Assembly (NCBI RefSeq): GCF_000189555.1
Contig: NC_017276.1
Strand: one strand, 5' to 3'
DNA: 64,000 nucleotides
From: Saccharolobus islandicus REY15A
GTDB taxonomy: Archaea > Thermoproteota > Thermoprotei_A > Sulfolobales > Sulfolobaceae
Position 1 is the first letter of the stretch. Each line of letters begins with the position of its first letter. Positions 1-12,674 of the stretch are shown here, piece by piece. Position numbers and translations under genes: made by a program. The notes below the pieces were generated by a model. The model searched no databases, was not told the origin of the DNA, and saw only the letters and a program-made list of their open reading frames with translations.

Positions 1-677
1 TCCGCTATAATCTTCCCCCTATACAATACGTGAACTTTATCCGCACTTATGTGATCTAAAATTCTCCTATAATGGGTTATTATTAGATAGCCAACATTTA
101 ATTCATTCTTAAGCTTATTTATAAAATACGAAATCATTCTAAGTCCATCAACGTCCACACCAGAATCTGGTTCATCTAAAATAGCTATCTTAGGCTTTAA
201 TAGAAGCATTTGTAGGATTTCTACCCTCTTCTTTTCACCACCACTAAAGCCTTCAAACACTCCCCTATTCAATAAAGAATCTGCTATTCCAACTTCTTTG
301 CTAATATTTTTAACTTTTGATATTACCTCCATTACTGAAGCGTTGGCACCACTTACCTTATTGTACTCTGCAACTAAAAGTGTCGATAACCTAACTCCGG
401 CAATTTCTATCGGATTTTGAAAGGCCAAGAAAAGACCTCTTTTAGCTTTCTCATGAGGTTCTAAATTAGTTATATCCTCACCATCTAATGTTATCCTTCC
501 CTTAGTAATTTTATATTTGGGATGTCCCATTAACGCCAAGGACAATGAAGTCTTACCGCTCCCGTTTGGACCCATTAATGCATGTATTTCTCCGCTCTTA
601 ACTTCAAGATTTATACCCCTAAGTATTTCTTTGCCTTCAACCTCTACATGTAAATCCTCTATTTTTAACGTTACCAT
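1..677 (-). CDS. sufC: Fe-S cluster assembly ABC ATPase SufC (5' part; runs off the window start)
   Basis: Read by hand on the minus strand: ATG at 677, MVTLKIEDLHVEVEGKEILRGINL..., Walker A GPNGSGKTS, HPKYKITKGRITLDGEDIT, FLAFQNPIEIAGV and GFSGGEKKR, all typical of SufC. SD-like AGGAGAGG upstream. Missing from the ORF track because it is truncated. Confidence 0.93.
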   Translation of the reverse strand, partial: MVTLKIEDLHVEVEGKEILRGINLEVKSGEIHALMGPNGSGKTSLSLALMGHPKYKITKGRITLDGEDITNLEPHEKAKRGLFLAFQNPIEIAGVRLSTLLVAEYNKVSGANASVMEVISKVKNISKEVGIADSLLNRGVFEGFSGGEKKRVEILQMLLLKPKIAILDEPDSGVDVDGLRMISYFINKLKNELNVGYLIITHYRRILDHISADKVHVLYRGKIIA

Positions 678-693
678 ACTCTATCCTCTCCTT

Positions 694-1695
694 TTACGCC
701 GTTAAATCTTTTTCTATCCAAGGTAAGTCCTCTAAGAAAATCCCACACATGGAATTGTTTAGAGCATTTTCTAATAGATTTACTAAATCTTCTAAATACA
801 AATTAAATGAGCTCGGTAAGGAATCCTTGATTTTTAAGAGATTTTGTCTTATTTGCGATATTAGATTGAATCCATTTGATATTCTTTTTACACTAGGGAA
901 TAAGACGCTCATCACTATCTCATCTAATACATCATTTATACTAGTGAAAATCGATTTTAACGTATCCGTCTGGCTCGGGCTAACATCAAAGTTACCTCTA
1001 AGTTCAGAAATCTTTGACACTATATAATCTATATTTGTCAAAATAGATATATTCAATAAAATAAATGAATTCCTATAATATTCCGTACTACTGGATTGAT
1101 ACTTATTTCCTATTATTCTCCTAAGTAACATCAAATATATTTTCCTTAAATCGTCATTATTAGTTATACCGATTTGATGGGTTGTATTAAAATTAGTTAG
1201 AAACTTGGATACTTCGTCAATTCTTTTTGAGATAATATTTAATATACGTCTCAGTAAGGATTCAACTCCGACTTTCTCTGTATCTAGTAAACACTCTAAT
1301 TTGATTTTTTTCTCGGAATTCTCAACAACTTCTGCTCCAACTAGATGTTTAGATATGTAGAGAACATCTTCGAAATCCTTTTTAGTGAAATCTTTCTTTG
1401 TTTCAAAAACTATTTCATCGAATCCTAAAATGTATAGACATGGAATTATATTAATTAATGGCTGTTTTAACGAGTCTGCATCAACTAATATTGTCTTTTT
1501 CCCTGCGTTAGACTTAGCCTTCTCTGCTATTAGCCTTAAACTACCATCATCCAAGGCCTCAAGAATTACCTTGTCACCCGGCTTTATGCTCCATTTATTT
1601 ATCCATTTTTTCGGAAGTGTGATAAATAATGATGAAGAACCTAATTTCTGGACTTTTCTAGTCTCTATATCCCTGGCTATTTTTTCCTCACTCAA
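694..1695 (-). CDS. AbrB/SpoVT-domain + PhoU-like phosphate uptake regulator family protein
   Basis: N-terminal RKVQKLGSSSLFITLPKKW..IKPGDKV is an AbrB-type DNA-binding motif, followed by helical PhoU-like repeats. Confidence 0.8.
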   Translation of the reverse strand: MSEEKIARDIETRKVQKLGSSSLFITLPKKWINKWSIKPGDKVILEALDDGSLRLIAEKAKSNAGKKTILVDADSLKQPLINIIPCLYILGFDEIVFETKKDFTKKDFEDVLYISKHLVGAEVVENSEKKIKLECLLDTEKVGVESLLRRILNIISKRIDEVSKFLTNFNTTHQIGITNNDDLRKIYLMLLRRIIGNKYQSSSTEYYRNSFILLNISILTNIDYIVSKISELRGNFDVSPSQTDTLKSIFTSINDVLDEIVMSVLFPSVKRISNGFNLISQIRQNLLKIKDSLPSSFNLYLEDLVNLLENALNNSMCGIFLEDLPWIEKDLTA

Positions 1696-1767
1696 AAGTA
1701 GTCCCTCTATATTATTTTCTTAAACAGTGTTTATAAAAGTCTTTCAAACTCTTAGAAAAGCTAATAC

Positions 1768-2139
1768 TTAATCTTTTCTACGCTTTACAGTAATTTTAAC
1801 TAACCATTTTACTCTTGTAACAGATAAACTGTCAATATCAGCATCCTCTGGTACCTTTACATTTAGAACATACTTCTTATTACTCTTATCTTTACAACTG
1901 ATTTTTAGACTATTATTGTTTTCAACTTTTACATATATTGTAGATGTGTCAACATTAGGAATGTCGATCAAGTAGTAATAGAAATCCTCAGATTCATAAA
2001 AGGAATATAGGGGAACATTGTATTTTTCAATTTCCTCTTTAATTTCGCTCTCTATCCTTCGGAACTCTTTCTCCATCCTGCTTATTTCCTTTTCTATCAT
2101 TGACTTTACCATATCATATAAGTCCTTGTATGCAGGCAT
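1768..2139 (-). CDS. Small heat shock protein (Hsp20/alpha-crystallin family, about 14 kDa)
   Basis: 123 aa; YESEDFYYYLIDIPNVD..IYVKVENN and LNVKVPEDADIDSLSV fit an alpha-crystallin domain. Confidence 0.85.
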   Translation of the reverse strand: MPAYKDLYDMVKSMIEKEISRMEKEFRRIESEIKEEIEKYNVPLYSFYESEDFYYYLIDIPNVDTSTIYVKVENNNSLKISCKDKSNKKYVLNVKVPEDADIDSLSVTRVKWLVKITVKRRKD

Positions 2140-2145
2140 TGAAGG

Positions 2146-2901
2146 TCACGCATATGTGTATGGACGCAATCCAGAATAGTTTGGGAGTTCTTGTCTTGTC
2201 TGTTGCATCAAGCCCTTAATTCTTACTCTAATTTCCTCTGCTTCTTTAAGTAAGGAAGAAGTATCAACTTTAAATCCTAACATCTTAGATACTATATCTA
2301 AGGCTACTGCAGCGGCTTCGGGATCAGGCAAATCTAGAAATGATTCAACTACTATAACCAAATTCTTGATAAACTTTTTAGCGGATTCGAATAAAATAGG
2401 AGCATAAGGCCCAGTTACGTAACCTTCTACAAATTTCTTCATTAAATTCAAACTATCTAACTCTTTAGCGAAATCCTCAGAACTAACCACCCAATAGGGA
2501 GTTGGCTTCTCTAGATCTAATCTATTTGGCACTGGGACTCCGGTTATCGATATTATTGTCTGTATCCCATATTTCTCTGCATAGTCTACAACTAAATTTG
2601 CCAAATGATGTATACTATTTGCTGGGATTGCAACCCAAGAATGAAGTAAAAGAAAGTTATCATAGTGATATAAACGTATAGGTGACTTAGCTACTCCGTT
2701 AACTACATGAGAAATGGGGGGCAAATATTTGTGTGAGTAAATTTCTCCATATTCTTTTAAATTTAGAGAATTAATCAAAAATTCTCCAGATATACTACCT
2801 ACTAAGCCAGCATCTGGTAAGCTCACTAATAAATACGATGGTCTACCTATCTGAGGAACGTATCTTTCCCTAATTTCAAACGCTTCACTCAATTCATCCA
2901 C
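2146..2901 (-). CDS. Proteasome assembly chaperone (PAC2/PbaA-B) family protein
   Basis: [23 protein letters not shown] and [10 protein letters not shown] motifs of the PAC2 family. Confidence 0.85.
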   Translation of the reverse strand: MDELSEAFEIRERYVPQIGRPSYLLVSLPDAGLVGSISGEFLINSLNLKEYGEIYSHKYLPPISHVVNGVAKSPIRLYHYDNFLLLHSWVAIPANSIHHLANLVVDYAEKYGIQTIISITGVPVPNRLDLEKPTPYWVVSSEDFAKELDSLNLMKKFVEGYVTGPYAPILFESAKKFIKNLVIVVESFLDLPDPEAAAVALDIVSKMLGFKVDTSSLLKEAEEIRVRIKGLMQQTRQELPNYSGLRPYTYA

Positions 2902-3304
2902 CCTTTATTTTTTCAATATACTTTTCTGGGCTAAGTAGTTTTTCCTTTTCCTCTGATAGTTTAGACGCCTTTAACTTGAAAATCCAGCCTTCACCATAGG
3001 GATCCTTATTTATTATCTCTGGATGCTCAAGTAATTTACTGTTTACCTCAACTATTATCCCACTTAACGGAGAGAAAATATCTGCTGCAGCTTTTACAGA
3101 TTCTATAACTCCCACAGATTCTCCTGCCTTTACCTCTTTCTGCATCTGAGGTAATTCAATTCCTACTATATCTCTTAACTTCTTTTGCGCATAATCAGTT
3201 ATTCCAACCACCACGTTATCGTTGGAAAGTACTACCCATTCATCAGTCTCCGTATATAGTCTATCTGTCAGAACTACATATCTACCTACTTTCATCTCAT
3301 TCAT
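2894..3304 (-). CDS. gcvH: Glycine cleavage system H protein
   Basis: VGITDYAQ, lipoyl-lysine motif [28 protein letters not shown]. Confidence 0.97.
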   Translation of the reverse strand: MNEMKVGRYVVLTDRLYTETDEWVVLSNDNVVVGITDYAQKKLRDIVGIELPQMQKEVKAGESVGVIESVKAAADIFSPLSGIIVEVNSKLLEHPEIINKDPYGEGWIFKLKASKLSEEKEKLLSPEKYIEKIKGG

Positions 3305-3315
3305 ATAATATTCAC

Positions 3316-4356
3316 CTAGATAAATGGAAACTCGTCAATTTTTATATCATACTGTTTACTTCTAATTTCCACTGCCAGATTATAGCCTAGATAGAAGTAC
3401 TTGGGATTTACATAACCCATACCTATGACTCTATTTAAGTAAGGAGAAAAAGTACTACTCGTCACATATCCTGCCTCATTTCCAAGTGAGTATATCTTAG
3501 ATGGATGCCTAGGTATAATCCTCTCGCCTTTTTTCATCTTAAAGCCTATCCTAACTTTCTCGATACCACTCTTTATACGTTCAACTAAACTATCTTTTCC
3601 TATGAAATCCTTTTCCAGCGAGAAAACCCAATATCTTGCTTCAACCGGAGTAATGGTCTCATCAATATCTTCTCCATAAAGAACAAATCCCATCTCTTGC
3701 CTTAAACTGTCTCTTGCAATCAAACCAGCAGGCTTTATTCCGATTTTCACTAAATCCATAATTAGTTGTCTGCCAATATCTAATGTAACCCAAACTTCTA
3801 ACCCATTCTCCCCTGTCCATCCAGATTTGCTAACTAAAAAAACGTCATATCCCATAAATTTAGTATTAAGCTTAAATTCTAACGGTTTTAATTCATTTTT
3901 ACCTAAAATTTCTTCTAATTTCCTACCTTGAATAGCAATCATGCCGTATTTGAATGTTAAATCGTCTACATCCAAATTTGAATTGGATTTTATCCAATTT
4001 ACAATTTTCTCTCTATTTATTGCATTCGTTACAATTAACCATTCATTCTCAGATACTTTATAAACCATTACATCATCTTTAAAGCCAGCCTTATCGTTCA
4101 AAAATGCAGTAGGCCCTATCATATTTCCAGAATTCGTCTTGCTAACTTCCTTAGCTACTAACATTTCAAACTCCTTTGGATTACCTTTAACTCTTAGTCT
4201 GCCCATATGAGATAAGTTGAAAAACGCTACTGAACTTCTCACACTCATATGCTCTTCTGCATAACTGGTAAAGCTCATTGGCATTTCCCAGCCAGCGAAT
4301 CCTCCAAAATTAGCTCCCAACTTTTCCTCAAGGTCATGGAAAGGTGAAACAAACAT
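3316..4356 (-). CDS. gcvT: Glycine cleavage system T protein (aminomethyltransferase)
   Basis: [23 protein letters not shown] and [10 protein letters not shown] motifs. Confidence 0.96.
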   Translation of the reverse strand: MFVSPFHDLEEKLGANFGGFAGWEMPMSFTSYAEEHMSVRSSVAFFNLSHMGRLRVKGNPKEFEMLVAKEVSKTNSGNMIGPTAFLNDKAGFKDDVMVYKVSENEWLIVTNAINREKIVNWIKSNSNLDVDDLTFKYGMIAIQGRKLEEILGKNELKPLEFKLNTKFMGYDVFLVSKSGWTGENGLEVWVTLDIGRQLIMDLVKIGIKPAGLIARDSLRQEMGFVLYGEDIDETITPVEARYWVFSLEKDFIGKDSLVERIKSGIEKVRIGFKMKKGERIIPRHPSKIYSLGNEAGYVTSSTFSPYLNRVIGMGYVNPKYFYLGYNLAVEIRSKQYDIKIDEFPFI

Positions 4357-4390
4357 ATATTAAAAATGTCTTAAAGTTGTATTAAGGCTT

Positions 4391-5758
4391 ATGTATAAGC
4401 ATCCTTGGCTTCCAAACCTAGACCTAATAGATGAGATGCTGAAAGAGATAGGGGTAAACTCCCTTGACGAGTTGTTTAATGATATACCGGCTGAAATCAA
4501 AATAAATAGATTATTGAACGTAGCAAAAGGCAAACCACTATCAGAATATGAAATTGAAAAAGAAATCAATGAAAAAGTGAAGAAAAACGTAGAGCTACAA
4601 GCGCCACCTTTTATTGGAGCTGGTATTTGTCCCCATTACATCCCTAATGTAGTGAAATTTATCATAGGTAGATCAGAGTTTTATACATCATATACTCCGT
4701 ATCAACCAGAAATTTCTCAAGGCCTATTACAAGCATTGTTTGAATATCAAAGTTTAATGGCTGAGCTACTAGACATGGATGTAGTTAACGCTTCGATGTA
4801 TGATTGGGGTTCAGCTTTAGCTGAGGCCGTACTGATGGCTAATAGAATAAATGGGAAAAAGACTGTATTGGTTCCTGAAAATGCTAACCCATTTCATAAA
4901 GAAGTAGTAAGAACATGGATTGGAGGAAAGGGGATAAAAATAGAGGAAGTTAAATATGATAAGAATTCTGGCGAACTTGATTTAGAGGATCTGGAGAAGA
5001 AATCTAATATCGATGACATATCTGCAATATATATACAACAACCAAATTTCTTTGGGATCTTTGAAAGTAATATTGAACATGTAATTGATGTTGCCAAACA
5101 TAAAAGAGCATTAAGTATTGTGGGAGTTAACCCACTTTCACTTGGTCTAATAAAGCCACCTGGAAGCTACGAAGCTGATATAGTTGTGGGTGATGGTCAA
5201 GAATTAGGGCTTCCATTGAATTTTGGAGGACCTTTAATGGGAGTATTTGCAGTAAGATGGGATATGAGTTTGGTAAGACAAATGCCAGGTAGAATAGTGG
5301 GAATTACAAAAGACACAAATGGCAAAATGGGATTTACGCTAATTCTTCAAACTAGGGAACAATTCATCAAGAGGGAAAAGGCAACATCTAACATAACTAC
5401 AAACGAAGCCTTACTTGCTATAGCTAATGCCGTCTATTTAAGCTTGTTAGGAAAAGAGGGAATGAGAGAGCTTGCAGAGGAGATTTACTTCAGAAGCCAC
5501 TACGCTGCTAAAAAGTTGACTGAAATAGATAACGTAAGCATGCCATTTAGGTCGGACTTTTTTGAGGAATTTGCAATTAGATTTCCTATAGAATATGATA
5601 AAATAAGTAACAAACTAAAAGAAAGAAAACTACAAGGGGGACTAAAATTGTCCGATTATACATCTCTCTTTTGCGTAACGGAAGTTCATGATAAGAAGTC
5701 AATAGATCTATTAGTATCAACGATACAAGAGATGATAAATGGTGTGGAGACAAGCTAA
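4391..5758 (+). CDS. gcvPA: Glycine dehydrogenase (decarboxylating) subunit 1
   Basis: EFYTSYTPYQPEISQGLLQALFEYQ, NASMYD and TREQFIKREKATSNITTN. Confidence 0.97.
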   Translation: MYKHPWLPNLDLIDEMLKEIGVNSLDELFNDIPAEIKINRLLNVAKGKPLSEYEIEKEINEKVKKNVELQAPPFIGAGICPHYIPNVVKFIIGRSEFYTSYTPYQPEISQGLLQALFEYQSLMAELLDMDVVNASMYDWGSALAEAVLMANRINGKKTVLVPENANPFHKEVVRTWIGGKGIKIEEVKYDKNSGELDLEDLEKKSNIDDISAIYIQQPNFFGIFESNIEHVIDVAKHKRALSIVGVNPLSLGLIKPPGSYEADIVVGDGQELGLPLNFGGPLMGVFAVRWDMSLVRQMPGRIVGITKDTNGKMGFTLILQTREQFIKREKATSNITTNEALLAIANAVYLSLLGKEGMRELAEEIYFRSHYAAKKLTEIDNVSMPFRSDFFEEFAIRFPIEYDKISNKLKERKLQGGLKLSDYTSLFCVTEVHDKKSIDLLVSTIQEMINGVETS

Positions 5759-7268
5759 ATGGGACGAGCCTTTAATATTTGAGCTAAACAATAGTGGTGC
5801 AAATAGACAAGGTCTCTTGATAAATAAGGATGATGAGATAAGAAGCGAGATAAAGGAAATGAAAATACCTAAAAATCTACTGAGGGAGAATGGACCGAAT
5901 CTGCCTAGTTTAAGCGAGCTAGAGGTAGTAAGGCACTTCATTAGATTATCTCAGATGAATTTTGGCGTAGATGTTGGAATTATGCCATTAGGTTCATGTA
6001 CAATGAAATATAATCCAAAAATTGAGGAAAAAGCAACGGCGATTACGGAATCACATCACCCTTTAGAAGATGAGGATCATGTTCAAGGAATACTAGAGAT
6101 GATTTACGAACTTCAGAATTGGTTTAGTGAAATAACTGGTATGGATGAATGTAGCTTACAAGTACCTGCTGGATCTGCTGGTGAGTTCGCTGGAGTACTA
6201 ATGATTAAAAAGTATCATGAGGATCACAATCGAAATTATAAAGATACAATGCTAGTTGCAGATACTGCTCACGGAACTAATCCTGCAAGTGCTGCAATGG
6301 CTGGATACAAGGTTATGTATGTGAAATCAAATGGAGAAGGGCTTGTGGATATGGATATCTTAAGAGAGATCGTAAATGATAAAACTGCAGGTTTTATGCT
6401 AACCAATCCAAATACGTTGGGATTATTTGAAGAGAATATCTTGGAAATCTCTAAGATAATACATTCTGCAAATGCAATACTATACTATGATGGAGCTAAT
6501 TTAAATGGAGTATTAGGTATTGCGAGACCAGGGGATATGGGATTTGATATTGTGCATTTAAATCTACATAAGACATTCGCTGTTCCACATGGAGGAGGTG
6601 GACCTGGAGCTGGAGCAATTTGTGCAAAGGGTGAACTTGTTAATTACCTCCCATATCCAATGGTAGAGAAAGTAAATGGAAAGTATAGATTAAGTAAGAT
6701 TCCGAAGAATAGTGTTGGTAAGATAGCTACATTTTACGGTAATGTGGGTAATTTAGCGCGTAGTTTCGCATACCTATTAGGATTAGGACCCCAAGGTGTT
6801 CAAATGGTAGGCAAAATGAGCACTTTGGCAACCAATTATCTCATAGCTAAGTTAAGAGACATTAAAGAGCTGGAGCTAATTGCACCAAATAGACATAGAA
6901 AGCATGAGGTAGTATTCAGCGTGAAACAGTTAATGGAAAATTATGGAGTAAGCGCTAACGATGTTGCAAAAGCCTTACTTGATAGCGGATTTTACGCTCC
7001 AACTATATACTTCCCACCGATTATTGAAGAAGCGTTAATGATAGAACCCACGGAAACAGAGAGTAAAGAAACTTTAGATATGTTTGCTGAAGCTCTCAAA
7101 AAGATCGTAGAGGATGCTAAAAGAAACCCAGAACAACTTCTAAAAAGTCCTAGTAATACAAGTATTGCAAGATTAGATCAAGCTTATGCTAATCACCCTT
7201 CTACTATAACGCCAACGTATAGAGTGTTAAAGCTGAGGAGGATGGGTAAAATAAATTACCTTAAATAA
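5739..7268 (+). CDS. gcvPB: Glycine dehydrogenase (decarboxylating) subunit 2
   Basis: PLGSCTMKYNP, AHGTNPASA and the PLP lysine motif HLNLHKTFAVPHGGGGPG. Confidence 0.97.
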   Translation: MVWRQAKWDEPLIFELNNSGANRQGLLINKDDEIRSEIKEMKIPKNLLRENGPNLPSLSELEVVRHFIRLSQMNFGVDVGIMPLGSCTMKYNPKIEEKATAITESHHPLEDEDHVQGILEMIYELQNWFSEITGMDECSLQVPAGSAGEFAGVLMIKKYHEDHNRNYKDTMLVADTAHGTNPASAAMAGYKVMYVKSNGEGLVDMDILREIVNDKTAGFMLTNPNTLGLFEENILEISKIIHSANAILYYDGANLNGVLGIARPGDMGFDIVHLNLHKTFAVPHGGGGPGAGAICAKGELVNYLPYPMVEKVNGKYRLSKIPKNSVGKIATFYGNVGNLARSFAYLLGLGPQGVQMVGKMSTLATNYLIAKLRDIKELELIAPNRHRKHEVVFSVKQLMENYGVSANDVAKALLDSGFYAPTIYFPPIIEEALMIEPTETESKETLDMFAEALKKIVEDAKRNPEQLLKSPSNTSIARLDQAYANHPSTITPTYRVLKLRRMGKINYLK

Positions 7269-7686
7269 TAGATGAGAAAAGTATGGATATGTATCCAAGA
7301 TAAGGTATTGAAAATGTAAAATTACCAACCTCTATTATCTTCCCTACCACTAAATTTTTCGGTATACCACTAGCTGGTTCTAGTCCAATCCTATTATCTG
7401 GTATCGGATTAGTTATTTTGTCTACACCTTGAGTAATATAATAACCATTATCTGTAGCTATCACTCTGTGAATTACGTAGTTATTAAAATACGGAGATTT
7501 ATATATTATCACATTACCTACATTAATGGAAATTGGTTTAACGTAAAAAGTTAATGCACCGTTTTGAAATACGGGATACATTGAAACTCCTTCTACGCTC
7601 GCACTTTGTACGATGTTAGAAAACATTAAAATATATATCAATGCAATAAATAAAATAATGATTATATCACTCTTCTTCATCTTCAT
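7261..7686 (-). CDS. Signal peptidase I (archaeal Sec11/S26 type)
   Basis: N-terminal TM helix, catalytic Ser box VEGVSMYP, His box VIHRV, ITQGVD. Confidence 0.85.
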   Translation of the reverse strand: MKMKKSDIIIILFIALIYILMFSNIVQSASVEGVSMYPVFQNGALTFYVKPISINVGNVIIYKSPYFNNYVIHRVIATDNGYYITQGVDKITNPIPDNRIGLEPASGIPKNLVVGKIIEVGNFTFSIPYLGYISILFSSII

Positions 7687-7996
7687 CTAAATCACTTAAG
7701 TCTAATTCTATAACCTCCCCTTCATTAGCTTTTTCCTCAGAATCCTTAGATTGTATTTTCTTAACGCCCTTCTTACCTTCAATCTCTACCGAAGAACCTC
7801 CCGCCTTTATCTTAGACACCACAGATTTCCATTTATGGCCACAATTCGGACAAACAAAAGAACCCATAACTGTTATTGTAATTCTGCCGTAAGAATCTGG
7901 AAGAGGTGAAACTAGCTGCCATGTTTTCTGTGCCTTCTCTACCTTTGTCCCACAATTTGGACAAACGTATGGGTCAAATTGTTTCTTTTTTGGCAT
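7667..7996 (-). CDS. Cren7-like protein with two CPNCG zinc knuckles and an acidic C-terminal tail
   Basis: KTWQLVSP...ITVMGSFVCPNCGHKW resembles the Cren7 KVWALAP...KIGLFKDPETGKYF core. Two CPNCG motifs; tail DLSDLDEDEEE. Confidence 0.55.
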   Translation of the reverse strand: MPKKKQFDPYVCPNCGTKVEKAQKTWQLVSPLPDSYGRITITVMGSFVCPNCGHKWKSVVSKIKAGGSSVEIEGKKGVKKIQSKDSEEKANEGEVIELDLSDLDEDEEE

Positions 7997-8001
7997 CAGT
8001 T

Positions 8002-8310
8002 CTATAATCCAGTTAAAGGATTAATAAATATCTGTATAATTACTGCCATAAATAAGAACGTAACTCCTGAGTATATAATTCTAAACTTCCCTTTATAAAC
8101 AATAAATAAATTAATGCATAAAGACATCAAAACCAGCAGTGTAATTAAAACAGAAGATGAGTATGTTAAACCTACCAGATGAGGTGCTAAAGACCATGCA
8201 ACTAGAAATAGTCGTTCGTTACTTATTTTATCTTTTAAAAATCTAGAGAAAATGAGGGAAAGTAAACCATATGCTAAAAACACTATCGAGGCCATGCTAG
8301 GAGTTAACAT
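8002..8310 (-). CDS. Hypothetical membrane protein (about 4 TM)
   Basis: 102 aa, hydrophobic throughout, 5 nt from the next gene on the same strand. Confidence 0.7.
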   Translation of the reverse strand: MLTPSMASIVFLAYGLLSLIFSRFLKDKISNERLFLVAWSLAPHLVGLTYSSSVLITLLVLMSLCINLFIVYKGKFRIIYSGVTFLFMAVIIQIFINPLTGL

Positions 8311-8339
8311 TTAATTATTGCTAATTCGCTTCAGTAAAT

Positions 8340-9599
8340 ATGATTAACCGTTTTTCCATAGAGAAGGTTAAGGGATTAGAAATCATAGATTCTAGGGGCA
8401 ATCCCACCATAAGAGTTTTCGTAAGAACTAATGACGGTGTTGAATCCTTTGGGGACGCGCCAGCAGGAGCTTCTAAAGGAACAAGAGAGGCAATCGAAGT
8501 CAGGGATGAAAATGGGCTTACGGTGAAGAGAGCCGTGGATATTGCAAATTACATAATAGATCCTGCGTTACACGGAATCGATGTAAGAGAACAAGGTATA
8601 ATCGACAAAATACTAATAGATATAGACTCCACTGAGAATAAGTCTAAATTAGGAGGAAACACAATAATTGCAACATCCATAGCTGCATTAAAAACAGCTT
8701 CTAAGGCCTTGGGCCTAGAGGTTTTTAAATACATAGCTGGGCCTCGGTTACCTAAAATCCCAATACCTTTACTCAATATAATAAATGGCGGCTTACATGC
8801 TGGAAATAAGCTAAAAATACAAGAATTTATCATATTACCAATTAAGTTTAATACTTTTAAAGAAGCTTTTTTCGCTGCCATAGAAGTATATAGAAATCTA
8901 AAAGGGCTAATATCAGAGAGATATGGTAAAATTTACACAGCAGTTGGAGATGAAGGAGGATTCTCTCCACCTTTAGAAGAGACTAGAGAGGCCTTAGATC
9001 TGATATATACTTCAATAAATAACGCAGGCTATCAAGGAAAAATATATATGGGAATGGACGCTGCAGCAAGTGATTTCTACGATCCTAAGAAAGAGAAATA
9101 TATAATAGATGGCAAAGAATTGAATCCCAATCAATTACTTGAATTTTACCTCGACTTAGCTAAAGAATATCCCATAGCGTACTTAGAAGATCCATTCGAA
9201 GAGAATTCTTTTGATATGTTCGGTGAACTACAAAATAAACTAAATTCAACAATCGTCACCGGAGACGACCTATATACTACGAATATAAAATATCTAAAAA
9301 TAGGTATAGAAAAGAGATCAACTAAAGGTGTTATAGTTAAGCCTAATCAAGTCGGTACAATATCTGAAACATTTGAATTTACTAATCTTGCTAGAAGGAA
9401 CTCAATAAAGTTAGTAACTAGTCATAGAAGTGGAGAGACGGAAGACAATTTCATAGCAGAATTTGCAGTGGGAATTGAATCAGATTTCATAAAGACTGGT
9501 GCACCAGCAAGAGGAGAAAGAACTAGCAAATATAATAAACTGTTAGAAATAGAAAATAAATTTGGATTGGAATATGGAGGAAAATATTTTTATCTTTAA
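8340..9599 (+). CDS. eno: Enolase
   Basis: [26 protein letters not shown] and [16 protein letters not shown]. Confidence 0.98.
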   Translation: MINRFSIEKVKGLEIIDSRGNPTIRVFVRTNDGVESFGDAPAGASKGTREAIEVRDENGLTVKRAVDIANYIIDPALHGIDVREQGIIDKILIDIDSTENKSKLGGNTIIATSIAALKTASKALGLEVFKYIAGPRLPKIPIPLLNIINGGLHAGNKLKIQEFIILPIKFNTFKEAFFAAIEVYRNLKGLISERYGKIYTAVGDEGGFSPPLEETREALDLIYTSINNAGYQGKIYMGMDAAASDFYDPKKEKYIIDGKELNPNQLLEFYLDLAKEYPIAYLEDPFEENSFDMFGELQNKLNSTIVTGDDLYTTNIKYLKIGIEKRSTKGVIVKPNQVGTISETFEFTNLARRNSIKLVTSHRSGETEDNFIAEFAVGIESDFIKTGAPARGERTSKYNKLLEIENKFGLEYGGKYFYL

Positions 9600-9847
9600 G
9601 GCAATAATATCCCTAACACTACAAGGAAAATTGCTATTCCTAGTAAGAACAATATGAACTCCTTAGTTGACATTGATGGCACTGCTCTAGCTGCCTTCGT
9701 TAAACCATAAATTATACCACCTATTATAATAATAAGCAAAAGAGCGAAGCCTATAAGAACTAGTATATAGCTTATTGGCTCTATGTTGAGGTTGCCTACT
9801 AGATGAGAAAGCTGCGAGGATATATTACTAAGAGCTTGAGTTGACAT
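9596..9847 (-). CDS. Small hypothetical membrane protein (2 TM)
   Basis: 83 aa with two hydrophobic helices; 4-nt convergent overlap with eno. Confidence 0.7.
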   Translation of the reverse strand: MSTQALSNISSQLSHLVGNLNIEPISYILVLIGFALLLIIIIGGIIYGLTKAARAVPSMSTKEFILFLLGIAIFLVVLGILLP

Positions 9848-9912
9848 AACTCTATTCGAAATAATAATTAATGTTCACTATGCTTTTTAAGCTTCGTCAC
9901 ATAATATTCCCT

Positions 9913-10741
<829 letters not shown>

Positions 10742-10753
10742 CTAAACTAGTGA

Positions 10754-11539
<786 letters not shown>

Positions 11540-11554
11540 TAGGGGGTTATGTAG

Positions 11555-12673
11555 ATGAGTGCTCAAGTAATGCTAGAAGATATGGCTAGAAAATATGCTA
11601 TCCTTGCAGTAAAAGCTGATAAGGAGGGTAAGGTAGAGGATGCAATAACGTATTATAAGAAAGCCATAGAGGTTTTGAGCCAGATCATAGTCCTTTATCC
11701 AGAATCAGTAGCGAGAACTGCGTATGAGCAGATGATTAATGAGTACAAGAAAAGAATAAGTTATCTGGAAAAAGTCTTGCCAGCCTCTAGTGATGGTGGA
11801 GGAGATGGTACAACTACACCTGAGGAAGTGGTAGTTACCGAGAAACCAAAGGTCTCGTTTAAAGATATAGTTGGTTTAGATGATGTGAAGGAGGCATTAA
11901 GAGAAGCAATAATATACCCAACTAAGAGACCAGATTTATTCCCCTTAGGCTGGCCAAGAGGAATTTTGCTATATGGTCCTCCAGGTTGTGGTAAAACTAT
12001 GATAGCTGCAGCAGTAGCAAATGAGATAGACTCCATTTTCATACAACTAGATGCTGCGTCAGTAATGTCAAAGTGGTTAGGAGAAGCTGAAAAAAATGTA
12101 GCAAATGTATTCAAAATGGCTAGGGAAGAGTCTAAAAAGCAAAATAAGCCTACTATAATATTTATAGATGAGCTAGACGCATTGCTAGGAGTTTACTCTA
12201 CTGAGGTAGGAGGAGAAGCAAGAGTAAGAAATCAATTTCTGAAGGAAATGGATGGGCTTTTGGACAAATCAGAAAACTATAAAGTATATGTTATAGGTGC
12301 TACAAATAAGCCTTGGAGGTTAGATGAAGCCTTCTTAAGAAGATTTCAAAAAAGAATATATGTACCATTACCTGATTATGAACAACGATTATCGCTATTC
12401 AAATATTATACTTCGAAGATTAAATTGGATACTGAGGTAAGCCTAGAAGAGTTAGCCAAATTAACTGAAGGATACACGGCGAGCGATATTAGGGATATAG
12501 TTCAAGCTGCACATATAAAAGTTGTCAAAGAAATGTTTAAGAATAATTTAGGTGAACCAAGAACAATTACACTCCAGGACTTTAAGGATATATTAAAAGT
12601 CAGAATGCCAAGTGTTAATCCAGAATTAATAAAGGCTTATGAGGCGTGGACAGAGAAGTTTAAGGCATTATAG
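11555..12673 (+). CDS. cdvC: Vps4-like AAA+ ATPase CdvC
   Basis: N-terminal MIT domain, Walker A GPPGCGKT, pore loop SKWLGEAEK, Walker [21 protein letters not shown]. Confidence 0.96.
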   Translation: MSAQVMLEDMARKYAILAVKADKEGKVEDAITYYKKAIEVLSQIIVLYPESVARTAYEQMINEYKKRISYLEKVLPASSDGGGDGTTTPEEVVVTEKPKVSFKDIVGLDDVKEALREAIIYPTKRPDLFPLGWPRGILLYGPPGCGKTMIAAAVANEIDSIFIQLDAASVMSKWLGEAEKNVANVFKMAREESKKQNKPTIIFIDELDALLGVYSTEVGGEARVRNQFLKEMDGLLDKSENYKVYVIGATNKPWRLDEAFLRRFQKRIYVPLPDYEQRLSLFKYYTSKIKLDTEVSLEELAKLTEGYTASDIRDIVQAAHIKVVKEMFKNNLGEPRTITLQDFKDILKVRMPSVNPELIKAYEAWTEKFKAL

Positions 12674-12674
12674 G

